Part shown: positions 44,682 to 57,707 of the stretch, in pieces | How the letters are laid out: each line of letters begins with the position of its first letter | Numbering within the stretch: position 1 is the first letter of the stretch | Source: Schmidtea polychroa | Taxonomy: Eukaryota | DNA length: 64,000 nt | Reading direction: 5' to 3' | Assembly: GCA_044892525.1 (NCBI GenBank) | Contig: CM097885.1 | Location: 33,916,001-33,980,000, forward strand | The notes under the pieces: model-generated | Databases searched by the model: none | The model's input: the letters and a program-made list of their open reading frames with translations, nothing else | What the model was told of the DNA's origin: nothing | Position numbers and translations under genes: made by a program

Positions 44682-46320
44682 TTTCGTTAAAATTTTCATT
44701 TGACTTTGAAAAATATTTCATAAAAATTTTCATTAAAAGTTATCTTAAAAATTTCCATCTAAAATTATCATTGAAAAATATTTCATAAAAATTTCCATTA
44801 AAAATTACCTAAAAAAAATATTTCATAAAAATTTCCATTAAAAAATTTCAATTCTCAAACACCTTCAACTTTTTGTTAATAAATTTTAAAATCTTACTTT
44901 AATTTACTTATTACATTACTTTAATTTACTTATTTAAAAATTATTACTTTAATTTACTTATTTAAAAATTATTACTTATTTAAAATTTTTTACCATTGAT
45001 TACTTAATTTTAAATTTAGACCTTAATTAACTTTAATTTAATTTTTTAGAACCTTAATTTACTTTAATTTAATTTTTAGAACCATTATTTACTGTAATTG
45101 AAAAATTTGAGCCATAATTAACTTTAATTTAATTTTTAGAACCATTATTTACTTTAATTGAAAAATCTGGACCATAATTTACTGTAATTTAATTTTTTAG
45201 AACCATAATTTACTTTAATTTAATTTTTAGAACCATTATTTACTTTAATTAAAAAATTTGAGCCATAATTAACTTTAATTTAATTTTTTAGAACCATAAT
45301 TACCTTATTTGAAAAATTTGAGCCATAATTAACTTTAATTTAATTTTTAGAACCATTATTTACTTTAATTGAAAAATTTGGACCGTAATTTACTGTAATT
45401 GAAAAATTTACCACGTTTTTTAGTGTAGACCACCTATTTCTCAGGACCAAGGAGACTCACCTCACTATAGCGTGATAAATCCTTGGCTTTTTTATTGATA
45501 GTCGGATTTTTGTATTGAAAATATCCTGAGACCTTAAATTACCATGCTTCTTTATTGAAGACTCACCTCACTATAGTCTGAAAAATCCTTGGCTTTTTTA
45601 GTGGTAGTCGGATTTTTGTATTGAAAATATCCTGAGACCTTAAATTACCACGTTTTTTTTTAGTGTAGACCACCTATTTCTCAGGACCAAGGAGACTCAC
45701 CTCACTATAGTCTGAAAAATCCTTGGCTTTTTTATTGGTAGTAGGATTTTTGTATTGAAAATCCCAGGACCATCGAGACCCCTTCACTATAGCGTGAATA
45801 ATCCTTGGCTTTTTTAGTGGTAGTCGGATTTTTGTATAGAAAAAATTTTATTTGTATTGAAAATCCCAGGACCATCAAGACCCCCTCACTATAGTGTGAA
45901 TAATCCTTGGCTTTTTTAGTGGTAGTCGGATTTTTGTATTGAAAAAAATTTTTTGTATTGAAAATCCCAGGACCATCGAGACCCCCTCACTATAGTGTGA
46001 ATAATCCTTGGCTTTTTTAGTGGTAGTCGGATTTTTGTATAGAAAAAATTTTATTTGTATTGAAAATCCCAGGACCATCGAGACCCCCTCACTATAGTGT
46101 GAATAATCCTTGACTTTTTTATTGATAGTCGGATTTTTGTATAGAAATTCCCAGGACCATCAAGACCCTCTCACTATAGTGTGATAAAAAAAAATTTGGA
46201 CCAAAAATCCCTGAAAGCAAAAAAATGAGTTGGGAACAATTGCGTAATAAAAATTTGGGAACAAACCCCCCCCCCCCGGGGGGGGGGGTAATTGTTCCCG
46301 TAGGCCACTATCTACCTACT
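44526..46320 (-). repeat. Right TIR of the Polinton
   Basis: Inverted copy of 28388-30025 with different array copy numbers. Confidence 0.95.
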
Positions 46321-48804
46321 GAAGCGTGTCAATTAAAATCATTGTCAAGATGCGCACCAACCGAAATATATTTGTAAAAACTTATAGTTGCAAGTGTCTT
46401 GTCTTACCAGTGTATCTACATGCTCTTCGGGTGTACGATTTCACCCGCCTTCGTCTTTACTATCATCATAATTTGTAAATAATCACACCGACCGGTAACC
46501 GATCACAATCGAATGGGTACTGATTTGGGTTTTTATAATATAGACCTTAGTTTACCTATAATAAATGTGCGTATGAATTAGCAATGTGAGATTAAATTGG
46601 CAATTATATTATACAACAATAGGAAACAAAATCGATGTTAATAATATATATATTATAAACAAGCACACACAAACACGGCTCGCAAGACACATGCAACAGG
46701 ATATTGATCCAACAAGGGTATTTAATCAGCTGAAATTTTCCAATTTAAAATTAACAACAAAAATTGTACGAGGATGTTTGTAACCTCATCAGGATCGACT
46801 ATTTCGTTTCGAGAATTTCGTAGCCAAATGTGTAAGCTTTTCATTTAAACTTGAGACATTTTATAAAATCTATATGGAATGGCCATTGCTGACAACGAAA
46901 GAATCATCAAATCCATGGCGGATGGCCATAATTATCACGAATCAGGCCACATTCTCGGAATCCAACGGAATACAATAATCGGCACCATAAATAAAATTTA
47001 CTAACATTTTTAGAATAGAAATTCCACTACAGTTGTTTAGGACGCTTGTGATATTTTATTACAGACAAGGCAGACCAACATATAGAGTCAAGTCAATAAC
47101 ACTAAGACGCATAAATCAACACTACTTATACAACACACGAATTTATAATGGAATATTTCACGCATATATAAAAAAAATTTTGAAATTACCACTATCCTGA
47201 GATTAATAACACCAAATAAAATTGATGGTTCTGACCAGTGGACATGATTTATTAATACATTGATTATCCCATTACCGACTAACAATAATTATTTAAGTGC
47301 ATATAAATTTATATACAAGTACAAAATGCTATAGTAACATAATTAATAATCATTTCCATACCTGCAAATTTGACAATTTTCTGTTTTATTTTAACCAATT
47401 AAATCAAAAATAGAAAGCCATACATAATTTTATTAAAAACTGAATTTTAAAATACTTATAAAACATACTTGATTTAATTAGTAAAGTCCATAAAATCAAT
47501 AAAAATATATATAACCATTCCACCTATACTGTACTGAAAAATCGCTCAAAGTTTTATTCGACATCGACAAAAACAACGAAACGAACCGAGAGAAAATCAC
47601 CATGAATCGAAGAACTAATCAAATTTCCAGCATCATTTTCAAAAGTAAATATTCGAATCATTATTCCAATTGATAGACATATTAACATCAATAAAAACAA
47701 ATTCCATTTTCGTTTTGTAAATCTCATAAAATTTCAATTTCATCTGAACACTACAGCAAAAATCCAAATCCACAAGAAATGAAACCTAAAATCAAGAAAT
47801 AAATAATTGTTACACATCGCGTTTCTGATTGGCTGACTTTCATAAACGTAAATCATCCATACCTGTACATTGCATCCAAATCTCGCACCAACTTTCGAGC
47901 ACACATCACAACTGACACTCTCAAATCATTAGCGTTCACAACGCCATCTCCACTCAACCATAAAACGTTTAAGTACCGTACCTACGTCAATCATTCTCCA
48001 CTCACCCTCACCACCGATACACAATTTCCATACAATATTGCTCAAATGCGCGTCTGAACACGCCCTTGAGTTGAATTGCGCGTTGCGCATCACTGCGTTT
48101 CCTCGTTGAAACCAGTTCAGAAAAAGTTAAAACTATGAAAATGGGTAAAATCTTGTCTGAACATGTCGGTGTCTCCAAAGTTGGTTATAATACCATGAAG
48201 CATGTGTAGACTTGTCAGATAGAATGCTTTGAATAATAGATCGGTAAATAGATCAAAAAGTTTTCGGAAAAACTGAATAGTTGAAAAGTAGTACAAATTG
48301 TATATTTCATTATCGTTTTGGGAGAAAAATTTTATCCGATGAATAGTATTATTGTAATCTGGCTCTATAATTGTGTAGTTAATGATTAATTCATTTTATG
48401 TGCAATAGTATTGATAACGTTAAATGAACACTATGGCCAGATTATTCAATTTGTATTTATTTGTTCGCACAGATGTTGGATGAATAAATATTTTTAAATA
48501 ACTATTGCAGACCGAGTAGTGATTATTATTATTATCATTATTATATGAATGTTGATTATAATAAGTTTAAATCAAATAAATATAAAGAAATAATAAAGAT
48601 AGCGCCAATTTGTAAATCATAACAAATTTTTCTTAAAACTGGTAAAATTTACTATTAATTTTTTAGAAAATGATTATTATTATATTTTATTTTCATTTGT
48701 TGGAATCTTATTAATTTCAAATTAATATTGTCATTGCATTACATTTTGCTTCAAATTCGTGTTCATTCTCCTATTCATTGTGTACGTTTTGTATTTTCAA
48801 GTAG

Positions 48805-48823
48805 AATCCCGGCTGAGCCCCCA
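48805..48823 (-). other. Primer-binding site, tRNA-Pro type
   Basis: Minus strand TGGGGGCTCAGCCGGGATT, 7 nt inside the 5' LTR. It closely resembles the tRNA-Pro PBS TGGGGGCTCGTCCGGGAT. Confidence 0.88.
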
Positions 48824-48830
48824 AAAATCA

Positions 48831-50373
48831 TGTTGGTTACTTAGGGGTGTATCATTTTTACATTTTAAAATGCGTTAGGGGTAATCATAATCGTTCGACT
48901 CTTTCCTAAGCACCTCCATGACTATTAAAATTTAAACCATTTGTGTACCCATGGTGACGACCATGTTGGTACTGTACACAAAGGCGAAAAAAACAATGAG
49001 CAGGTGAGCTCTATTACTAAAACTACTCCCCATTGTATTTTCTTTTCGGGTTCTAGACTGCCGATAGAAGGTCTTACGTCATTATTCACTGTGTATGCTA
49101 TTTTTGAATCGTTGTTGGTCCTCAATTACGGGTATTTCTAATTGTTCTCTTATAAAATTTTGTGCAGGGATCCGCCCTTATTTTCCAGCTAATAATTATT
49201 GTTCTACACTTCCTACAATATCTAAATTATCCTTTGAAAAATTTGAGCAGGGATTGGCCCTTATTTTCAAGTTAATCCACGCTTCCCATAATATTTACGT
49301 TATACTTCAAAAAATTTGAGCAGGGATCTGCCTGTATTCTCAGTCCTAACCTACATTTGACCACAGTACTTCCAGCGATAGGACCCGTGAGGAAGCCCCC
49401 ACATTCCGGCCCAATCCAGCTGCGCGATTGAAAAACCAGCATACCCACCAGTCTGAGCATCCCGAAGGTACCTCAAACCATGATATGCTGAATCTCAATT
49501 CAGCGGTACTAACGTTCGTAATCAGTTAGTATAAAAATTGAACACAATAAAAATTATTATTTAATATCTGCAACTAAATGAAATTAAACAATTAAAAGAA
49601 AATAACAAAAGAAAATTTAACTAAAAATTTTATTGCATATTAAATTTAATCATCTCATAAAATTACTACAACAATAAAAAATAAATTACCAAATCCACGT
49701 GGGCATAAAATCGAAAACTGAGAGCTTCACTGGCTACAACTAAATTTTGATGTTAGAGAAAAAGTAGTCTTAAATGAATTTGTGATCAGTATTTATACTG
49801 ATTTTTTATGCATTTGCTGCCACTCTATCCAATCAGAGTGCGAGAAATTTTTAATTAGTCTTGCATACCTGCATGAGTGTGTGCAATTGTTTATTTGTTT
49901 TAATTCAATAAATTTAATTAATTTCTTATTTAATTTTTATTAATTTTAATTTTATAAATTTTATAATTTAAATAATTTGAGTTATATTAATTTTTATTAA
50001 TTTAAACATTTTTATTCTTTAAATTTAATAAGTTAAATAACCATTTAATTCTATAAACTTTACAATTTATATAATGCTAACTAATTTTATTATTTTTGAC
50101 GATTTAATTTTTATATTGTTTAAATAATTTTCAACTAATTCTATTTTATATTTTATTATTTTTCTATTTAAATTTTTAAGTGTTGAATTTTTTGTTAAAT
50201 TTATTTATCTCTTATTCTATTATACGGGGTTTATTGGTTCTTAATGTGTGATGTAATTTATTTCATTTATTTTAAATTAAACCTTGGTCATAAATTTTTC
50301 AACTTTGCGGTTTTTGTGTTAGGTATTTTCGATCGATTAAAACAAACTCTCAGTTCTCGGCTTCAGCCCAACA
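48831..50373 (-). repeat. 5' LTR
   Basis: 1543 bp, TGTTGG..CCCAACA, adjacent to the PBS and followed by the TSD ATAG. Confidence 0.95.
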
Positions 50374-51012
50374 ATAGCCTTTCATTATTGACAATAAAAA
50401 ATACGACCTTTTTTGAAACGTTTTTCCGGGAGAAATGGGACCGTTAAGAGGTTAAACATTATTATAGTAAATATTGGAATTATAAAAATTTTAATATTAA
50501 AGCTAGCTACTCGAATATTTTAATAATATCTTTTAAAAGAATATTACTAATTAATGATATTTAGTTATTTTAAATTCTTAGAAATTTTATTAAATTTACT
50601 TATTTTAAATTGAATTTTATTATTCATATAATGTTATAATAACTATTTATTTTTATAATTATTGCGAATTTAAAATTATGTACTTTCTAATTAAGATTAC
50701 TATCAATAATTGCGATAATGATAATAATATTACTAATTATATTTAGAAATGTTCACATTTTATATATTTAATGTTATTATTTTTTACTACCATTTAAAAT
50801 ATGAAAAAGATCATTTAAGCAAACTAGAATGTATGAAGCATTGTTAAATAAATTTTCACAAATGAAATATTGTCTTAATACACAATTGACAGGAACCATT
50901 GTCATATTAAGTATAAAATAAAATATATTCTCATAAAAGATTGTCTGAATAGTGACACTATAAAAGCAAAAATATGCCGGATTAAATAATTATTTCTGGC
51001 TTCTCAATATCG

Positions 51013-51634
51013 CAGTGTTGTCCAAACTGTGTGCCGTGAAATTTTTTTTAAAAAAGTCAAAAAAACCCTGTTTTTTCAAACAACTTAATAAAAGAAAATT
51101 GAATTGTGGATATTTTAACAGTTACCGTATATACTCGTGGATAAGCCGATCCGTATATAAGCCGAAGTGAGTTTTTATAGTCAATATTTTGTCCAAAATC
51201 AAGTACCCGTATATAAGCCTAAATATATAAGCCTAATTAGTAATATAATTAGTAATATATAATTAGTAATAATAATAGCCTAATAAGTAAATAAGCCTAA
51301 TTAGCTTAAAAAATAGCCCAAAATTTCTCGGCTTATACACGAGTATATACGGTATTTCCAATTTAAATGTTAATCAGTCAATTAAATGCGAAATTTATTT
51401 GTTTACAACAGTGTTGTCCAAACTGTGTGCCGTCTGTCATTCACTAATTTTTCTAAATTTAAAAGTTTTTACATTAAATTTATTTCAAGTAAATAAGTTT
51501 TTCATTTCTTTTTTAAAATATTAGTAAAAGTGCAATAAAAAATTGCAAATAAAGCAAAAAAAAATTTAGGTGTGCCGCGAAAAATTTTAATTCAGCCAAG
51601 TGTGCCGTGGCTCAAAAAAGTTTGGAAAACACTG
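51013..51634. mobile_element. hAT-type MITE with a duplicated left end (near 51409) and a nested pogo-type MITE
   Basis: TIRs CAGTGTTGTCCAAACT / AGTTTGGAAAACACTG, TSD CAATATCG / CATTATCG (7 of 8), and GTGTGCCG subterminal motifs. Confidence 0.8.
51125..51352. mobile_element. pogo/Tc2-type MITE
   Basis: TIRs CCGTATATACTCGTGGATAAGCCGA / TCGGCTTATACACGAGTATATACGG with TA on both sides. Confidence 0.85.
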
Positions 51635-52166
51635 CATTATCGTCTCTAACATTGAATACTGCTTTGGATTTGGGATCTGAATTTCATCTTACTGTATATA
51701 AATATACAATCGGTATTTGTTCGGGTTTACTTTATTGCATTTTAAAAGAACAAATGTTTGGATAAGATTTTCCGTATCGTCCAATATAAACTTTATTATT
51801 AACTTCAAATTTATATTTACTAATCATAACACACTTCTATTATAACAAAATCTACATAAATGAATTGAAAAAATCGCATGTTGGCTGTGTACAAATGATT
51901 CAACTAACTGTTTAGAATGTCCACATTTAATTTTAAAGTTGTAATTCCATGCATTTTTTGCCAAAAGACTATTTTGATATGAATGAAATACTTTCAAAGA
52001 CATAAGTTATTGTGCAGAAAAATTCAAACAAGTTTTCCCCAAAGAAATCTCCGCTTATAACAAAAATCACAATTATTTAGGCAAAACAAATGTTTATACA
52101 TAGTTTCCATTTTGTTTAATAGATACTTCACAATGCTTTCAAGTTTTTTTATTGATTTCTCTGTTA

Positions 52167-52520
52167 TCAACTTATCTTTGAACTCATGTTACTTTCTAAA
52201 CATTTGTCTCTGAAAGAATTTATAGTTCCTGAGGATATATCGTTCTTCAGATTGACACCAGGGTAATATGCTGGTCGACATAATATCTTAATTTCTTTGT
52301 GGTTTAGAAATTCTTTACTGACAATAGCTTCATGAGGAGTAGCAATATCATGCATTCAACATCATCGAGTTTGTTTTCGTACATCATCAATTTTCAGTGC
52401 TGTCAGTGCATTTCCAATAAAATCGGGTAATGGTTGCGATTTTACAATGCTATCATCATGGAGAACCTCCTAGTACACTCACCAGCATGGTTGAATGCAG
52501 AAATTATATGAACTTCCAAT
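52167..52520 (-). pseudogene. Mariner/Tc1 transposase remnant
   Basis: HDIATPH..V..EFL....IKIL..PAYYPG resembles HDNA.PH..YSPD; heavily decayed. Confidence 0.45.
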
Positions 52521-52539
52521 GAACACTTATGAGCTATGC

Positions 52540-54975
52540 CAGGGGTGGGCAAACTTTTTCTATAAAGGGCCACATAGAAAACTTGATTGTTATTGGGGGC
52601 CGCATATATATTTTGTCTACTACTTTACTTTAGTTACAATTTTTACAACTTATGAAAATATGAATTGATGAGAATAGTCATGTATTTGTCAGTTTATTTC
52701 ACATTCCCACTCTATTACAAATGCACATTACATTTTCAAATAGGAACTAAACGAATTGCTAATTTGGGAATAAGATTTTACTATTCATAATTATTCCAAC
52801 AAAAGTTTATTGTTACACGTCATAATAATTATGAAGACAAAGAAACTTTATTTACATACAAGCCGACCACAATGTACAAATATAATTAATGAGAAATATG
52901 TAACTGTTCACAATTTTGAATAATTTTCTTGAACTGTGAAACAAGTTTACTGGTTGTGATTCGCATAACTGCATTTAAATTGCAGTCAGTCAACATCTAT
53001 CATTTCTTAGACTTATTTATTTTCATACAAGAAAACGCTTCCTCACAAATGTATGTGGACCCAAATAGTGACAAAAGCTTGGCAGCAAAGTGTTTTAGCT
53101 GCGGAAATACTGCTGCTGGAAAACATCCATAAAATTCCAGCAAAAGAACTGACTTGAACTTCTCATTTAGATCATTTTCTGCTTGTAAGTCAAGCACTTC
53201 TAACTGTATATCCTCTGGGGCTGAATCAGCTTCTGCACAAAATGGCGAACAGAGGATATTGAAGAGTGGTTCTAGGGTTTTGAAGTCTTGGAACCTCCTT
53301 TCAAACTCCACAACCAAGGCATCCAACTGACCCTTGTACTTGTCAGCCATTTGACCATAAATGGTATTCTGATTCAGCAAAGGGAAATGGCAAAACCTGT
53401 TTTCACCAGCTTGCCTGGAGAACAGGAGAGGTTTGCCTGAAATGATTTAACATGTACATACATTTCATGTGCAAACAAGCTATTGCCCTGAAGTTTAACA
53501 TTCAGCTCATTCAACTTTTCCATAATGTCAACGGCAAACATGAAGTCTGACTTCAACTCTTCGTTAACAATGTTAGTGCCAAAGTCACAAACAACCCCCT
53601 TCATCTCCAAGAACATAACTATTTCTTCCTTGAGATCCCACACTCGCTTTAATATCTTGCCTAGGCTTAGCCAGCGGACACTGCTGTGGTAGATAACGTC
53701 AGAATGTTCAGTTTCCAAATCTTTAAGCAGTGTCTGAAACTGCCTGTGATTAAGTGCCCTGACTCTGATGAGGTTTATTACACTGCAGCTTTACACAGAC
53801 TTTCCTGATGGATGACACAGTGGAGAGGTAAAAGTGCATGGTTAGGATGTTTTTCTTTAATTTTATTATTCATCAACTTCACCAGACCAACATTTTTTCC
53901 AGTCAAAGCTCGCGCTCCATCGGTTGTTACACTTGCCATCTTGTTCCACATCAACCCAGTTCTTTCAACACAGTTCTCAACAGAGTTGAATAAATCCTGG
54001 CCTGTGGTTGTGTCTTTGAGCGGCTCAACACTAAGTTATTCTTCAGTAAGCTCGAAACGAGTGTTTGTTCCCCGTAAAAATACCAACATTTCGGCTGTGT
54101 CCTGTACATCGGTACTTTCGTCCAATGCAAGAGAATACCACAAAAAGTCTTTGCTTGCATCTCGAAGTTGGTGCATCAAATTGTCACTTATCTTCTCAAC
54201 ACGCCTGACTACGGTTCTCCTTGATAAAGAAATGCTGTCAAATTTTGTTTTCTGCTCTGGACACATAATACTTGCTGCATCTGACAAGCATTCCTTGATG
54301 AACTCGCCGTCAGAAAAGGGCTTGTTACGTTTTACAATCTTATGGGACAGCATCAAACTGGTCTCGGTTTCAGTATCTTGTATTACAGAATGTTTGGTGA
54401 GAACAGTTTGCTGCTTCTTTAAATTATTAACCAACTCCTGGCATTTCTTTTTTCTCTCTTCGTTTGTTAAATTGCGCCCGAAATCCAAATGTCTTGTTTC
54501 GTAGTGTCTTTTCAAGTTGTACTCTTCAAAGACGCTCACACACTCACGGCACAGCAAGCAGACTGCTTTGCTCCCAACGCTCGTGAAGTAGTATTTAGCA
54601 GTCCATTCGACATTAAAAACACGACATTCGTCTTCAATCTTTTTTTTAGCAACACTCATGGGTAATTCAAAGTCTATTCGCTTTAAAATTACAATTTTTA
54701 CAAAGCCTTTCAAAATGTAAATTGTAAATAATAGCCTCTTCTGGTTGAGCGGAAAAGCAGTTTCAATGTTAACTAGTAATGACCAGTAATTAATAATATT
54801 CTGGAGCCATAAAATCAATTTAATATCCATAAATTCGAATCAAAGCAATAAGAAATACATTTCAAAAATATAGGCAAAACTGCAAGTCTAAGCTCCAAAC
54901 AAAGAAAATTAATTTCGCATAGGATCGCCACATGTACATGCATACGGGCCGTGGGCCGTAGTTTGCCCACCCCTG
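52540..54975 (-). mobile_element. hAT (Charlie/Buster, GTF2IRD2/SPIN-like) DNA transposon, full length but decayed
   Basis: TIRs CAGGGGTGGGCAAACT / AGTTTGCCCACCCCTG and an internal transposase. No matching 8-bp TSD seen. Confidence 0.9.
52886..54659 (-). pseudogene. hAT transposase pseudogene
   Basis: ECRVF..EW..KY.F......CLLC......YNLKRHY...H, SLALDESTD, VTTDGA, VRWLS.G, FGSTYICEEAFS; several stops and frameshifts. Confidence 0.92.
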
Positions 54976-55200
54976 GTTTAAAAAATTAGATTATTGAATG
55001 TTTTTTTCAATTTGGTCGAATATTTATTGAATGCACAACTCAAATTTTATTTATTCCGATAAATTAAATTTATTTATTTTCCCAAAAATTTTAATTTTCC
55101 TTATAATGATGTGCGTTTCCAGCATGAATTCTATTTTATACGAGTTTCAGCTATCATTTTTTTTAATATTGTTTTATTTTAATTTCATTTAATTTGAATA

Positions 55201-55575
55201 GGGGTCATTGTAAAATTATGTCACGCTCGAGGGTGGGTTCCTTGAAAACCTGACGTGGATGGATAAGTTGAGCTGAATGTGACGTCACGATAGTTGAATT
55301 TTATGGACCACAAGAATTATTATTGCAACAATCTTCTTCAGCTACTATGCTACAGTGATGCTGATACTTAGACTAGACAGCGATGACTAACAATTATTGC
55401 TGCTAAAGCAAGCTCCCAAGCAGTCTAGAGGACCGTATGGTACCACTAGGCTATCCTCATTTACTGAACAATAATATGGCATCACTATGGGGGTGGATCA
55501 ACAGAAACGTGACAGGTTGGGATGGGTGGGTCAAAAATGGTCAATTTTGGCGTGACGTAATTATGTTATGACTCC
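55201..55575. mobile_element. PIF/Harbinger-type MITE
   Basis: Imperfect TIRs GGGGTCATTGTAAAATTATGTCACGC / GCGTGACGTAATTATGTTATGACTCC with a 3-bp ATA on both sides. Confidence 0.7.
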
Positions 55576-55914
55576 ATATGGGTTCAGTTTTCTATTTAAT
55601 ATTCTTATTGAAAAATTTTTGTAAAACAAATCCCGAAATTATTACTTAAAATTAAATTTTTTGGTCTTGTAATCCTTGATAAAGAGCATGCGAAATCAAT
55701 AAAATTATTTTAACCTTCCGAAATACTTTAGTAATTGAATTCAAATAGCCATCTTTAGGAAATCAGTGCATTTAAACAAATATAATATTTTTAGTCTATG
55801 ATATAAAAACACTGCAAAAATGTAAAACTTTCAACTCAAATTTCTATCAAGAATTATATTAACAAATAACAAATTTATTCAAAAAACAATTACAATAAAA
55901 TCAAAAGCACATAT

Positions 55915-57635
55915 CTAATCAATATTTTCACTGTTTTCCTGTTCATCGCCATCACTTTCCTGTAAGTTATAAAAATATTACTTATGCTTTTATTTCTAAT
56001 GTCTTACTTCTACACCAAATTTCATTTTTAATTCTTTAATTTTCTCTTCCTGATCACTTAAAAGTACCAATAAATCTTCGTGTTCTATTTTCAATGATAG
56101 ATGTTCAATTTTTAATTCTTCTAATTCTTTGCATGTCAGCTAGTAATTAAAAAAATGAAAACTGTTGTAATACATTATATGTGTTACATAAATTCATCCC
56201 CTCCCAATTTACTCTCCCGTTTTATCTTTTTGCTCATCCCCTCAAAGAACATTTCATTTTAATGCAACAAATCGAATCTAAATGTACAGACCAGTTACTA
56301 GGACAAAATGTAAGTTTGAATCCGAAAATTAATGTGCAAAATGTCGTGTTTTGAATGTTTTTAAATAATTTTTTTGTATATTGTAAGTATGGATTGTTGT
56401 TGTTAAATTAAATAATTATTAAATTAAATTTCAATATTTTCAAATTTTATAATTGATTGCTAAAATCTAAAAAAAATATATTATTTGAATTATAATTTTT
56501 AAAGAATTAAATATTTTTATTAAAAATTTGATAAACAGTAAACCTTCCAACTGCGCGGTAGATACGTTCCACAAAAACAACGCGCAAACCGAAACCGCGC
56601 ACTGTGAACCCGATTTTATATGTAATTATGGGGTTAGGTTCCAGATATTACAAAAATATTAAAAAATATAATAAAAAGTCTTTATTCAACGACTAATATA
56701 CTTATTTACATTTATATAAACATAAAAACTAATAAAAACAGTCTTAATTCATTGCTTTTACATAATTAATATTACTATTATAAAAATTAATAAAAATTTA
56801 ACATAAATAAAAATTATTAAAAACCTATTAAATCAAAATGAGTACTTACTTACTTTATACTTACTTTATAACACTCTTTAATTGATGTAATAATTTTTTA
56901 TTACGGTTATATCTAATGCACACGAATAAGATTTTTTTGAATTTAATACTAATATATTTTTAATTAAATAAACACTTGTATAAATATCTATTAATTAAAA
57001 CTATGTAATTTTACATCCTAATCCTAACCACATCACTAGAAAAATGAAACTGCCTTTATTATTTTTATATAAAAAATACAGTGCATCGAAATACGATGAA
57101 TCACTATTTTCACTACCATATGTATTCGTAGTTTTACGGGATTCACAGTAAAAAATTAAATTGACATGATTTTTCTTGTTAAAATAGACAAAAACAAAAA
57201 AAAAACCGCGCAGCTACGAAATTTTTAGCGCGCAGATCGAAATTTTGGTATTAAAGGTTTGGCCGCGCAATTGCGAAACCGCGCAATGAAAAACCGCGCA
57301 GTTGGAGGGTTTACTGTAATTTCTTCAAAAATCTATAATTTCTATAGTTATTATATCCCACCTGATAATGACAGGAAAACTGTCGAAATATATCATGAAA
57401 CGAATGTTTGAGTGACGCTTTCATATAATTAAATCGTTGCCGTGTATGTTTAACTATTTATTTAAAGAAAGAATCAAACCAATTTTCTTCTTCCTTTAAT
57501 ATTCGGTCATCCATTGGAGCTGGACGATATCAAAGTCATTCAAACAGATTTTTCAGTGCGACAAAACAAACTCTGCAAAGTGTATATATAATCATTTTCA
57601 TGGGAAAAGAACGAACGAAAAAGAAATTTGGGTTG

Positions 57636-57707
<72 letters not shown>

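Larger units (their letters stand above)
28388..46320. mobile_element. Polinton/Maverick (polintovirus-like element), 17,933 bp, apparently complete
   Basis: Termini AGTAGGTAGATAGTGGCC...GGCCACTATCTACCTACT, perfect 6-bp TSD GAAGCG (28382-87, 46321-26), long TIRs, and pPolB, integrase, ATPase, protease, MCP and mCP genes. Confidence 0.98.
17377..50373 (-). mobile_element. LTR retrotransposon (Ty3/gypsy-like, gag-only as far as visible); about 15 kb without the nested Polinton
   Basis: Two 1543-bp direct repeats with TGTTGG...CCAACA ends, ATAG TSD at 17373-76 and 50374-77, a PBS next to the right LTR and a minus-strand gag. Confidence 0.93.

Noticed and set aside
48805..48823. tRNA gene
   Set aside because: Only the 3'-terminal ~19 nt including CCA are present, next to an LTR, so this is a PBS.
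53812..54504. 230-aa plus-strand ORF
   Set aside because: Antisense to the hAT transposase and has no recognisable motif.
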